Assembly (NCBI GenBank): GCA_028285585.1
Contig: JANQOU010000002.1
Location: forward strand, 203,263-267,262
DNA from: Acidimicrobiia bacterium
GTDB taxonomy: Bacteria > Actinomycetota > Acidimicrobiia > Spongiisociales > ZC4RG35
Reading direction: 5' to 3'
DNA: 64,000 nucleotides
The position numbers and the translations under genes were made by a program. Position 1 is the stretch's first letter, and every line of letters starts with the position of its first letter. This document shows positions 18,966-28,817 of this stretch, one piece after another. Below the pieces are notes generated by a model. That model was not told where the DNA came from. It did no database searches and was given only the letters and a program-made list of their open reading frames with translations.

Positions 18966-19220
18966 ATGGCTAAGAACCGAGAGGCGGCCCTCAAGAGGGC
19001 CCGCGAGAAGGCCCGCCTGGAGAAACGGGAAGCCAAGCAGCTGAAGAAAGCAGCGAAGCACTCCGACGACCCCGAAGGCCAGAGCATCGACGAACAAGCC
19101 CTTTGGGAGCAATTCGCACGGCTGAGCGAGCGGCGTGCAGCCAACCAAATCAGCGAGCAACAGTACGAATCCGACCGCAAAAGCATCCTCGAAGCGTTGG
19201 GCATCGAGCAAGAAGGCTGA
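18966..19220 (+). CDS. Small basic coiled-coil protein, hypothetical
   Basis: 84 aa with a K/R/E-rich N-terminus. Confidence 0.35.
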   Translation: MAKNREAALKRAREKARLEKREAKQLKKAAKHSDDPEGQSIDEQALWEQFARLSERRAANQISEQQYESDRKSILEALGIEQEG

Positions 19221-19432
19221 CCGCGCTTGCCGCAGGAGCTCCTCCTTGCAACCCGACCACCCGTCGTGACGCTTCCGGCGACGTTAAACACGGAAGCTCT
19301 TACTGGACGGACGTGGGCCTCGCGCCACTTCCTTGAAGGAACAACGCAAGGTCCAGTCCTTCCGTGAACTATCTAGCCAACCCCAGGCCGCTCAACAAGG
19401 CGAAGGCCACCGCTTGATACTGTCTCGCCTCG

Positions 19433-20680
19433 TTGACTGAAGACCTGACAAGAGGTGATCAGCGCCCACCGCGTCGCGCGGCATACGTGCTGTTCGTCGC
19501 CAACGGGATCTCAATGGTCGGCAACCAGCTGGCCCTGTTGGCCATCCCCTGGTTCGTGCTCGCCACGACAGGCAGCGCCGTCAAGACCGGCATCACCGCC
19601 TTCTTCTCACTGGTTCCAGTGGTGCTGGCCACGTTCTTCGGCGGAGCGTTCGTCGATCGCTTGGGGTTCAAGACCTCGAGCGTCGTCTCGGACATCGCCA
19701 GCGGTCTAGCCGTGGTGGCCATCCCGATCTTGTTCTCGCTCGACCTGCTCTCGTTCTGGCTACTTCAGGTCCTGGTGTTCCTGGGAGCGTTGCTGGATGC
19801 CCCGGGTGTAACCGCACGCGACTCGATGCTTCCGGAGCTGGCCGACGAGGACATGCCAGTTGAACGGCTCGCTGCCGTTCGTCAGGTCGTGGAACGTGGC
19901 GCTCGCCTGCTCGGCGCACCCATCGCTGGGTTCCTGATTGCCCTGATCAGCGCCGAGAACGTTCTCTATCTGAATGCGGCGACCTTCGGAGTGTCGGCGC
20001 TGCTCATCGGATTGGGAGTTCCAGCGATCGAGCTGACTCGCGATGAGGAAGAAGCGGCACCGAAGTCCTACATCCGACAGGTGAGAGAGGGCCTCAACTT
20101 CATCAAGCTCGACAAGCTGATCTTGACATTCATCATGGTTGCCCTGGTCACCAATCTCCTCGACGGGGCACTGGGCTCGGTGATCTACCCGGTCTTCGTG
20201 AACGACCTGTACGGATCATCGGTTGGCCTGGGCCTCATATTCGGGGTCTCCGGTGGAGGCGCCGTGATCGGCGCCCTTCTCTACTCCTGGCTCGGGCAGG
20301 GCCGCTCACTGCGGAAGATCTACCTCGCAGGCTTTGTGCTCATCGGCGTGGCAAGGCTCGTCCTGGTGTTCTTGCCGCCACTTTGGGTGGTGCTGATCTC
20401 ATCGGCGATCGTGGGGATCGCCGCCGGCCCGCTGAACCCGATCATGGACACCGTCTACTACAAGCGTGTGCCCGCAGTGATGCGTGCCCGAGTGCTCGGC
20501 GCTCTCAGGTCGTTTGCCTTCATGGCAATACCGCTGGGAGTCCTTCTGGCCGGATTCGCCGTCGAGGGGCTAGGCCTCCAATTGACCCTCATCCTCACCG
20601 TGGGCCTCTATCTCGTCACTGCACTTGCATTGGTCTTCAACAAACGTCTCGGGGAGATGGATCGCGCCGACGCGGCCTGA
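19433..20680 (+). CDS. MFS transporter
   Basis: 12 TM helices and the MFS loop motif GGAFVDRLGFK. Confidence 0.85.
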   Translation: MTEDLTRGDQRPPRRAAYVLFVANGISMVGNQLALLAIPWFVLATTGSAVKTGITAFFSLVPVVLATFFGGAFVDRLGFKTSSVVSDIASGLAVVAIPILFSLDLLSFWLLQVLVFLGALLDAPGVTARDSMLPELADEDMPVERLAAVRQVVERGARLLGAPIAGFLIALISAENVLYLNAATFGVSALLIGLGVPAIELTRDEEEAAPKSYIRQVREGLNFIKLDKLILTFIMVALVTNLLDGALGSVIYPVFVNDLYGSSVGLGLIFGVSGGGAVIGALLYSWLGQGRSLRKIYLAGFVLIGVARLVLVFLPPLWVVLISSAIVGIAAGPLNPIMDTVYYKRVPAVMRARVLGALRSFAFMAIPLGVLLAGFAVEGLGLQLTLILTVGLYLVTALALVFNKRLGEMDRADAA

Positions 20681-20925
20681 CGGACACGAGGCCCAGACTT
20701 TCGCGTTGAGGATGTTCTCGACTGCGCTGCACCAAGTTGCGCATGACGCCACCTCATGCAGCCCGAACGAAGGTCTGACGGCTTCATCTGCCACCTTGGA
20801 ACCGGAGGTCACATCAAACACTCGCCGTTGCCGCCAATTCGTGTGACTCCTAATTATGAAGGATTCCCTTGACACTTCGTTCATCTCGCACCACCATCCG
20901 AATCTATGAAGGATTCTCTTCACAA

Positions 20926-21513
20926 ATGACAGACCTACGAGACCAGCGGACGGACATCAACGACGTCCGAACCATGCGAGCGCTCGCCCACCCTCAACGG
21001 TTGGCCATCTTGACGTTCCTGATGTCCGGTCCACCTAGGACCGCCACGGAGTGCGCACAAGAGGTCGATGCCTCGGCTTCCGCTTGCAGTTATCACCTGC
21101 GTGAGCTGCAGCGATTCGGCTTCGTGGAACGAGCCGAGCCAACGGATGACGGACGATCCCGCCCTTGGAAGGCAACAGCAGTCAGCTTCTCGGTTGGGAA
21201 CGACTGGACCGATAGCTCACCCACAACAGTTGCCGCTCGCCATGCGGTGACCGAAGCCGACCTGAAGGAGAACCTCCGACTGGTGCGCCGGTTTCTCGAA
21301 GCCTCGGTAGAACTCGAGCCGACATGGGGATCTGCTGTCGACTTCCACACATATGGGCTGGTTCTGTCCCCTGAGGAGCTGACGGAGCTGAATGAACAGA
21401 TCCGCCGCCTTCTAAAGCCGTATCGAGCGGGGGATCGACGAAACATCCCGGACGATGCGACCGCAGTCCATGTCGTCTACCAAGCCTTTCCCCGAGTTCC
21501 CCCGTCCTCTTGA
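20926..21513 (+). CDS. ArsR-family (metalloregulator-like) HTH transcriptional regulator
   Basis: LAHPQRLAILTFLMSGPPRTATECAQEV...CSYHLRELQRFGFV is a wHTH of the ArsR/SmtB type. The start is set at MTDLRDQ. An ATG at 20869 is the alternative. Confidence 0.75.
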   Translation: MTDLRDQRTDINDVRTMRALAHPQRLAILTFLMSGPPRTATECAQEVDASASACSYHLRELQRFGFVERAEPTDDGRSRPWKATAVSFSVGNDWTDSSPTTVAARHAVTEADLKENLRLVRRFLEASVELEPTWGSAVDFHTYGLVLSPEELTELNEQIRRLLKPYRAGDRRNIPDDATAVHVVYQAFPRVPPSS

Positions 21514-22736
21514 CCACATCCGGAGAGCGCGAGCCAGGTTTGTGGCAAAACCGAGACTTCCGAATCGCCTGGTCGTCGGTCTTGGTCAACGACACCGGGG
21601 ATTGGGTGCTCGCAATCGCTCTGCCCGTCTACGTCTTCGTCGAGACTCGATCGGGTTCGACAACCGCAGTCCTGTTCGTCCTGCAATTCCTGACCGCCGC
21701 TGTCCTGGGCCCGATAGGCGGCAGCTTGGTAGACCGATGGAACCTGAAACGAGTGCTTGTCTGGACGAACATAGGACAGGCTCTCGCTCTGCTCCCGCTC
21801 CTCGCTGTCAACAACGACCGAATCTGGCCGGCCTTCATCACCATGGGCCTTCAATCGGCGCTCGTTCCGATCAACAACCCGGCAAGCATCTCGCTCCTGC
21901 CACGTGTCGTCTCAAAAAACCAGCTCACACAAGCCAACGCCGCCTTTGCCGCCGCTTCGAGCATCGCGCGCCTCGGAGGAGCGTCGCTCGGTGGAGTGCT
22001 GGTGGCCTGGGGAGGTCTCGGGCCTGTAATCGTCGTTGATGCAGTGAGTTTCCTTGCTGTTGCTTCTGCCATTGGCTTCATCAGATCCGACACATCAGCT
22101 GCTGCCATTCCGCAGGATGAGCCCGGAGGACGCCTACGAGCAGCATTGAGGACGGTCGCCACCAGGCCACCGCTCAGATCGGTTCTGTCTCTCCATGGGT
22201 ATGCGCAGATCGCGCAAGGGGCGTTCGTAGTCCTGTTCGTCGTCTTCCTCGTCGAGGTTCTCGGTGACGACGGCAGCGGACTCGGGCTGATCCGGGGAAC
22301 GATGGCCATCGGAGCGCTGATCGGTGCGTCTCTGATCGGACGGCTTTCTGGCCGTATCCACGCAACAGTCCTGTTCGCAGCAGGGCTCATCGGAATGGGA
22401 GTCGTTTCCGTTCTGTTCTGGAACGCCCCGCTACTGACCACCGACCTCTGGGTCTATGTCCTCTTGTTTGCACTGTCTGGGCTCCCTGGATCCGCATTGT
22501 CGGTAGGGCTGTTCACAACGATCCAGAGTCGAACCCCACGCCCGACATTGGGGCGTGTTGTCGGCTTTCTCGGCACCACCGAGGCAATCGGCGTTGCCAT
22601 CGGCTCCATCGTTGCCGGGGTGCTCGTCGATCAATACGACCTCGCACCGATCCTCAATGGTCAAGCGGCCATCTACATCACTGCGGGAGTCCTGGCCCTC
22701 TTTTTGGTTGCACCACATCGAAACCGCTGGCCGTGA
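21510..22736 (+). CDS. MFS transporter, probably regulated by the upstream ArsR-like gene
   Basis: 12 TM helices. Its start overlaps the regulator's stop. Confidence 0.85.
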   Translation: MTTSGEREPGLWQNRDFRIAWSSVLVNDTGDWVLAIALPVYVFVETRSGSTTAVLFVLQFLTAAVLGPIGGSLVDRWNLKRVLVWTNIGQALALLPLLAVNNDRIWPAFITMGLQSALVPINNPASISLLPRVVSKNQLTQANAAFAAASSIARLGGASLGGVLVAWGGLGPVIVVDAVSFLAVASAIGFIRSDTSAAAIPQDEPGGRLRAALRTVATRPPLRSVLSLHGYAQIAQGAFVVLFVVFLVEVLGDDGSGLGLIRGTMAIGALIGASLIGRLSGRIHATVLFAAGLIGMGVVSVLFWNAPLLTTDLWVYVLLFALSGLPGSALSVGLFTTIQSRTPRPTLGRVVGFLGTTEAIGVAIGSIVAGVLVDQYDLAPILNGQAAIYITAGVLALFLVAPHRNRWP

Positions 22737-22840
22737 ACACGGTCAGGGGTTTTACCTCGCGTCGCTCACGACAGGTCTTCGTCGTTTCGCGTTGTTATGT
22801 CGACGCGAGCGTTTGCCAAGATGCTCCCCTGCCGGCACGC

Positions 22841-24055
22841 CTAGAGCCGGAGTCGCTCGTAGCGCCCCAATAGCTCCTCCAGAGGGGAACTTGAGAGCGG
22901 AAAGACGGTCTTCGCAAGGGCGTGTTCCACCCTTTCGTAGGCCGTATCGAGCATCACGTCAGCTCCAGGGATTCCCCAGGACTCAACCTCTGCGCGCAAG
23001 TGGGCCCCGGTCACCGACTCAGGCCGCAACACATCCCGATCAACTGGCTGGGCCAAGTGGCGAAAGTGACTTGGGTAGTGGTACGTCGGAATCACGTCAT
23101 ACGCCGGAGCGAGCTGGACGGTTCCGTCCGAGAGATGCAACAGCGAAAGGTTCCGGGCATGTGCATCCGCATTGCCGATTGCCACATTGACGACCAGGAT
23201 CGTGACGAAGGCTTGCATGTCTTCCGCAGGGGTCGCCGAGTTCTCGTAGACAACTGAAGCCAGACGCGAGAGGGCCGTTTTGGAACGATGGCTACTCGCA
23301 TACTTCTCACCGGGGCGCACACCCAGCGCCATGCACAGATCCTCCTGATGTAGCCGCCGGTGCTCGAGATCAGCATCAGGTACTCGGTCGTATCGGTGAA
23401 CCACGAGGGTTCGGATGCCCTCGAACTCCTCGATCGACCAATCCGGGGTGGGGACGCTCGCAAGTCGCAAGACGGCTAATCCCCAGGACTCCAGATCTAC
23501 AAGGCCAGGCCACGCGCTTGGCTCCGGCTTCAGAATGACGGCGGACGGGATGCTGAAGCTCGGGTCGACGTAATCGCCGTTGGTCAAGCCAAGGGGCAGT
23601 TTGGATTGGACGCCTGGCAGAGACAGCCGCACTTCGGTTTCCTTGGACACCCCGAGAGGTGCCGTCGGCAGCCCACGGAGACGAGCGGCAATGTCGGACT
23701 CCGTGAGCGGTGCCGGCTCTTCGCCGAGCTTGTACAGGGGTGGATCTGCGTCGGATTCCGCCGCCACTACAGCTCCGATCGTCTCCCGACCGAGTTCGAG
23801 CAACAGATTCTCCTGAGATCCGAACTCACCCATAAGCACTGCTAGGGCATCACCTTCGGGGAGCAGGCCTTCGACGACGGCAGCGGTGGGCCCCGGCGTG
23901 AGAGTCGCCGTCGTCAGAGGTTGGGACACCGTGAACACTCTCGAGCCGAATCCCCACCGGTCTATCGCTTCCTCCACGTAGGACAGTCGCATTCGGGAAC
24001 GACGCTCGAAAGCAATGCGAGCAAGACGTGTCCCATATAGCCAGAGATCAACCAC
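22841..24055 (-). CDS. hipA: HipA-family Ser/Thr kinase toxin
   Basis: N-terminal LPGVQSKLPL (HipA_N), then HQEDLCMALG...KY and the catalytic VAIGNADAHARNLSLL. Confidence 0.85.
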   Translation of the reverse strand: MVDLWLYGTRLARIAFERRSRMRLSYVEEAIDRWGFGSRVFTVSQPLTTATLTPGPTAAVVEGLLPEGDALAVLMGEFGSQENLLLELGRETIGAVVAAESDADPPLYKLGEEPAPLTESDIAARLRGLPTAPLGVSKETEVRLSLPGVQSKLPLGLTNGDYVDPSFSIPSAVILKPEPSAWPGLVDLESWGLAVLRLASVPTPDWSIEEFEGIRTLVVHRYDRVPDADLEHRRLHQEDLCMALGVRPGEKYASSHRSKTALSRLASVVYENSATPAEDMQAFVTILVVNVAIGNADAHARNLSLLHLSDGTVQLAPAYDVIPTYHYPSHFRHLAQPVDRDVLRPESVTGAHLRAEVESWGIPGADVMLDTAYERVEHALAKTVFPLSSSPLEELLGRYERLRL

Positions 24056-24284
24056 GATTGCGCTCCAGCCGAAGCTCCCCCTCCAGCAGTCGGATGGCTC
24101 GGAGAATCAACAGAACCTGCGCCGAGACGTCGCCGTCCTCGATGCGAGAAAGTCTCTGTCTCGTCGTGCCAAGGGATCGTGCGATGTCCACCTGGGTGAG
24201 GCCGCGCTCCTCTCTCATGGCTCGGAGTGCACTTCCCAAAGCCTTGGGACTCTCTATGCGCCACGTGTGATGTTTTTGTTCCAT
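24048..24284 (-). CDS. hipB: HipB-like XRE-family HTH antitoxin
   Basis: GLTQVDIARSLGTTRQRLSRIEDG is the HTH_XRE motif. An SD (AAGGAG) sits 7 nt upstream of the ATG at 24284. It overlaps the hipA start by 8 nt. Confidence 0.75.
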   Translation of the reverse strand: MEQKHHTWRIESPKALGSALRAMREERGLTQVDIARSLGTTRQRLSRIEDGDVSAQVLLILRAIRLLEGELRLERNRG

Positions 24285-24302
24285 CGTCTCCTTCCGACCG
24301 AT

Positions 24303-24357
24303 TGGCATAATACTGTACCATTTCGGACTGGAGGCGTAAAGGAATAGTTTTATGCCA
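24303..24357. promoter_or_regulatory. Putative hipBA promoter/operator: perfect inverted repeat TGGCATAA-N39-TTATGCCA that spans a TATTAT -10 element
   Basis: AT-rich 60 bp region immediately upstream of hipB. The palindrome arms lie at 24303..24310 and 24350..24357. Confidence 0.4.
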
Positions 24358-24872
24358 TGATCCATGACGACGTCCATTCGATCAGTGAGGCTCATGCCGC
24401 TCACCTCGTCGATCTCACCCTTGTGACCGCATCCACGGAGGGACAAGACGCGCTGACCAAAGACGATCAGACCGTCGAGACAAAGGCCACCACTCGCCGC
24501 TCAGTCGCACTAGAGGCCTCAGGACACAAGCCCGACTTGCTGGTGGTTCTGTCGCTGGATCCAGAGACCCTTCAACCGACACTCGAATACTTCGGTCCAG
24601 CAGCACCTGTATGGCAGATTGCCGGCAAGCCACAGAAGATTGGTCAGCGGCAGGTGTCACTCTCGAAACTGCCCTCAACTCATTAGCGGCTCCCGTCCCT
24701 TCGTTTGGTGGGGCTAAGTAGACAGAACACGAACCACGCCAGAGCCCTCGCTGGACGCCTCCAACACACACTGACGCATAACGTCCGACGCCCTGCCCGG
24801 TCAAGTCGCCGATGTGTGCCGTTGTGCCTGTCTGATGGAACCTGCGTCGTTTCGGTGACGTTCTTGAGGGGA

Positions 24873-26042
24873 ATGAGGCGGTTGACTCTTCTCGCTGCAC
24901 TCGTATTGGTGAGCGCTGCCTGTACGTCAGAGGCAGATCCAGCACCGACCTCGGCCGATTCCACGCCAGTCACCGCTGTTCCTGCGACCACTTCGACATC
25001 CTTCGCCCCGACGCCGACGGACCCGCCCGGCACCACGTCGACATCGTTACTGGTTTCGGATAACGAACCATTCGAGCTGGGTCCGCTTGCTCCTCGTGGT
25101 GGCCATTCTGTCGTCTGGACCGGAACCGAGATGATCGTGTGGGGTGGATGGGGAGACGAGACAGGCGATAACGCATATGCCGATGGGGCCGCCTTCGATC
25201 CCGTTGCGAACAAGTGGAGAGTCATCGCTGAATCGCCCCTTCCTCGATCCTGGTACCACTTGGCTACTTGGACCGGATCGGAGATGCTGGTCTTCTCGGG
25301 ATTCTCGGCCGCTGCATACGACCCGGTAGGCGACGTTTGGCGCACCCTGGCCGCACCACCGTTTCCCTTGCGTCGCCAAGGGTTCCTCGACCCGATCAGC
25401 GGCGTCTGGGCACAAGACACCTACGTCGCTTGGGATTCATTCGACGATCGAGTTGTCGCCTACTCACCGGCAACGGATGAGTGGACCGAGATGCCACCCG
25501 TAGAGATAGACGTTACGAGAGGTGTGCTGCGCTTCACCGGCGAGTCGATATTCGCATTCGGCACAGACGTCAACACCCGGCGACCCATCCTGCAGGGCGC
25601 GGAGTTGAAGGGAACATCCTGGATCCCGACTCCATCAGTCCAGTTCTGGACCTCGGAGAATGCTCACGGGGCAAGGCCGAATCTCGTCGCCTGGGCAGGA
25701 GACCGGTTTGTAGCTTGGAGCGACGGAGGCCGTGGATCGGAAGCGTTCATGTACACACCCGGAGACGATGCCTGGACACCCACCGGACCAAACACGGTCT
25801 TCGGCTGCGAGTACTCGTCATCACCCACTGAGATGGACACGCGAGTGTTTGTCCCATCCTGTGGTGGACAATCGATATACGACTCCCAAACCGATCAATG
25901 GACTCGTCTCAACATCGATGGACTCGGTGAAGGTCGTGACACGGTTTGGACCGGCAAAGAGATTCTCGTCTGGGGTGACACCTGCTGCTTCGGAGCAGGT
26001 GGCGAACCCTTCGACGTCTCCGCCTGGCGATATCGACCATGA
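24873..26042 (+). CDS. Kelch/beta-propeller repeat lipoprotein, hypothetical
   Basis: Lipobox LVLVSAACTSE. Repeated VWTGxEMxVWGG / WxxxP blades. Confidence 0.5.
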   Translation: MRRLTLLAALVLVSAACTSEADPAPTSADSTPVTAVPATTSTSFAPTPTDPPGTTSTSLLVSDNEPFELGPLAPRGGHSVVWTGTEMIVWGGWGDETGDNAYADGAAFDPVANKWRVIAESPLPRSWYHLATWTGSEMLVFSGFSAAAYDPVGDVWRTLAAPPFPLRRQGFLDPISGVWAQDTYVAWDSFDDRVVAYSPATDEWTEMPPVEIDVTRGVLRFTGESIFAFGTDVNTRRPILQGAELKGTSWIPTPSVQFWTSENAHGARPNLVAWAGDRFVAWSDGGRGSEAFMYTPGDDAWTPTGPNTVFGCEYSSSPTEMDTRVFVPSCGGQSIYDSQTDQWTRLNIDGLGEGRDTVWTGKEILVWGDTCCFGAGGEPFDVSAWRYRP

Positions 26043-26215
26043 CAACGCACGAAGCCTCGGCTGCCAACCCGCCCACAACCGGTAGTGCAAGCGCTCGCCC
26101 ACTCCGACTGCAAGACGAGGATTGCCGCGGAGATCGGAGGCTGGGACTCAAGTTGAGCAAACAGTCGGCCGAGCGGCCAGACAGATATTCGGATAATCGG
26201 AAACGTCAGTAGAAC

Positions 26216-26262
26216 GATGACAGACTCGAACCGCCGACCCCTGCCTTGTAAGGGGGGCAATC
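26216..26262 (-). repeat. Degenerate direct repeat of the 3' roughly 48 nt of tRNA-Val. Putative attR of an integrated islet.
   Basis: tgac(a/g)gactcgaaccgccgacccctgccttgtaaggg is identical to tRNA-Val positions 29031..29069 apart from one mismatch. The flanks are diverged. Confidence 0.65.
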
Positions 26263-26339
26263 AACAGCCGGGGAGGGCCCATCGTGACGGGCTTTCTCGC
26301 CAATCGGTGGCCTCCGGGGGAACACGAAACGAACCTTCC

Positions 26340-27134
26340 CTATCCACCCTCGGTGCGCTTGACCATGTACAGGAAGAACTGCCCCTCCCATCTCTTCTCG
26401 ACAACACCGTCGGCAGACAGCCGATCCAGAGTTTCCTTTGCGCTTGCATCGAGGGCCTTGTGAGCCTGGCCTCGATACCTCCCCATCGGTATCTCGGCAC
26501 GGTGGGCCATCACATCAGCTAACTCCCCCACGGAAGTCCACTCCTCACCATAAACGGTCTCACCGAATGTCGAGTTCTGGAACTCCTCGCCAAAAACGTG
26601 ATCTAGCCAGCCACGAAAACGCTGTTCGGCTCGCCAGGAAATGGCCCATTGCGCAGCAAGTCCGGTAAGCACGACGAGATAGATCATGTTGAAGTAGGTG
26701 GACCAACTCGACGGCCCAATGTCAAGGAAGAGTTCTTCGAAAGATGACCGCTGAGTCCATAGAAAGGTCGTGAGAGCGGCAACAGATCCATACGGGATCA
26801 GCACGCGATTTCGATAGCTGGCCACGCTCTCGCGCCGTGCCGTAACGCTCGCTGCCTCCCTGGCTGGGGCGTTTGGGCTTGCGGGTCGAGTAGCAGCTTC
26901 AATGAGCTTCTCTAGGCTCGCCTGAGGCAACGGCACGAGCGGAGCGGGAGCTTTCAGACGTTGCCTGATGTCGAGAACTTGGCGGAACAGCTCTTGGTCT
27001 GTTTCTTCGCCGTCAACGGCTTGATGATCCATCAACCATTCATCGACCGCGCTTTGTACCTCGTCGATGGTGTCTCCGGAGACAATCACGCCGAGTTCTG
27101 CTAGCTCCTGAACCCCGTCTTCAAGATGTCCCAC
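26340..27134 (-). CDS. Hypothetical 2-TM membrane protein with an acidic N-terminal domain and a C-terminal soluble domain, islet gene 3
   Basis: 264 aa. TM1 is VAALTTFLWT and TM2 is MIYLVVLTGLAAQWAISW. No known motif. Confidence 0.45.
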   Translation of the reverse strand: MGHLEDGVQELAELGVIVSGDTIDEVQSAVDEWLMDHQAVDGEETDQELFRQVLDIRQRLKAPAPLVPLPQASLEKLIEAATRPASPNAPAREAASVTARRESVASYRNRVLIPYGSVAALTTFLWTQRSSFEELFLDIGPSSWSTYFNMIYLVVLTGLAAQWAISWRAEQRFRGWLDHVFGEEFQNSTFGETVYGEEWTSVGELADVMAHRAEIPMGRYRGQAHKALDASAKETLDRLSADGVVEKRWEGQFFLYMVKRTEGG

Positions 27135-27436
27135 TCCAGATCCTTCCGCGACCGATTGCTACGAACTGCATACCCCCAAGCTACGCCGATGCTTTAGAGC
27201 TAGAGGCGGCGGAGTAGACAGCTGGGTTCGACCCCGGCGCCCTGGCCGAAGCCCGAGAGAAACGCCGGGAGGAAGCGCTGGCCCTCGTGGAGTGGTTCCG
27301 GGGCCTCTGAGGCCACCATCGGTACCGTCCGAGATCCACGGGAGCCACAGGACGGTACCTCCCTGGCCTCGACGACCCCTCCGGGCTATTCGGGGGCCTA
27401 GAGGTAGCTAAGGGTCGCCCGGAGGACTTTCTTGGA

Positions 27437-28210
27437 TCAGTCGAGGAGTCGACGACGGACCACCTCTTCCTGCCCGAGATGGGTGATCCTGTAGTCGTCG
27501 GACTCTACGAAGCCGTGTACAAACAACCGGGCAACTAGAGCGTTAAGGGTCCGCCGCAGATTTGTACGCATTGTCGGTCGAACCCAGTCTCTGAGATTTA
27601 TATACGAAACGCGTTGCGGCTCCTGCCAATACAGCAAGACCAGCACGTAGTCGGAAGCGGGGAGGTCCCTAAGGATGACCGGAAAGTCGTCCATAACCTG
27701 GATGGCCGGGATGGCCTTGGCCATGATTCCGTCGATGGCAACTTGCACTTCGTCATGAGTGATAGTCGAGTCCTTCTCACGGACTAACTCCGCAAGAACC
27801 CAGTCCATGCAATGAACCACCAAAGTGGCATCCTGAAGACCGGCATCGACAGGTCCCAGATGAGCACTGTCCCTCTTATTCCGGATGTCGTATATCAGCC
27901 TGAGGGTCCTTGGGATGTGTAGACGGATGGCGTCGCTGTGCGAGCCGTTCCGAGGAAGGTTCCCGAAATCTCTAACCAGAGAATCAGAACTTGGCAACGT
28001 GTCCCCGATCGGGGTGTAGGACCCTGTGGTTTCGAACTGGAGTATTCGAAAGACCGCCTCGCTGAAGCGCCCTCCTTCGACACGGTTTGGCCGATGGTCG
28101 CTCCGCGCGAATCGGTCCTTTGCCTCTTGGTATGAGTCGGCCAGCTCCTCGACCAGAACGACTGGCACACCGGAAGCCTTCAGGCCGCGGGCAATCTCAT
28201 CAAGAGTCAT
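27437..28210 (-). CDS. HEPN-like (R-x6-H) domain protein with a C-terminal winged-helix-like domain, islet gene 2
   Basis: LIYDIRNKRDSAHLG fits the HEPN Rx4-6H motif. The C-terminus (YINLRDWVRP...LRRTLNALVARLFVHGFVESDDYRITHLG) is wHTH-like. It overlaps the upstream gene by 11 nt. Confidence 0.45.
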   Translation of the reverse strand: MTLDEIARGLKASGVPVVLVEELADSYQEAKDRFARSDHRPNRVEGGRFSEAVFRILQFETTGSYTPIGDTLPSSDSLVRDFGNLPRNGSHSDAIRLHIPRTLRLIYDIRNKRDSAHLGPVDAGLQDATLVVHCMDWVLAELVREKDSTITHDEVQVAIDGIMAKAIPAIQVMDDFPVILRDLPASDYVLVLLYWQEPQRVSYINLRDWVRPTMRTNLRRTLNALVARLFVHGFVESDDYRITHLGQEEVVRRRLLD

Positions 28211-28817
28211 CCGACTGGCCAGCCAGCCTCAATACCAGCTCCTTGAAGTCATCTTCCCTGCCTGCCTTGAGGTCCACTCGCTTCGACCTTGTGGGCCCAA
28301 GGTACGACACCGAAGGGTTGGCCCTTATGTACCTAGAAAAGTTCGTGTCGGCTGCCTTAAACGCCTTGGCAGACGAGCGGGCGTCCTCAGAAGAAAGGTC
28401 CTGACCCAACCCCAACCTATGGGCGCCTGCCAGCAGTGTGGTTAGCGCGATTGCTCTCTCCTTCGTGTTGTCGCCGAGGTCACGACCTCGGACGTTGAGA
28501 CCTACGCGCTGGCTGTCGGCTTGGTAGAAGAAGACTTCCTTTAGATGCTCGACCGGCACCTCTGAATTTCTCGACAGCTCGTCAAAGAAGCCCCCTTCCG
28601 AAACCCCTAGCGACTCCTGGTCTGACTCTGGCTCCGCCTTCCGAACCGGTTTACCGGGCGGTGAAGGAGGCTTGACGTCGGAGGGTGCAACTCCCTCGGC
28701 AAAGGCGAGCTTGAGGCCTTCGCTTTGCAGATGCTCTGGTAGCTCAGCTGCCAGAACGTCCTCATATGCCTTTCTAAGACGGTCCGCAACTGATTCTTCA
28801 CTTCCCATGCTTGGCAA
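28200..28817 (-). CDS. Hypothetical protein with a Pro/Glu-rich N-terminus and a conserved-looking C-terminal domain, islet gene 1
   Basis: 205 aa. It starts 208 nt downstream of the tRNA-Val 3' end. Confidence 0.4.
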   Translation of the reverse strand: MPSMGSEESVADRLRKAYEDVLAAELPEHLQSEGLKLAFAEGVAPSDVKPPSPPGKPVRKAEPESDQESLGVSEGGFFDELSRNSEVPVEHLKEVFFYQADSQRVGLNVRGRDLGDNTKERAIALTTLLAGAHRLGLGQDLSSEDARSSAKAFKAADTNFSRYIRANPSVSYLGPTRSKRVDLKAGREDDFKELVLRLAGQSDDS

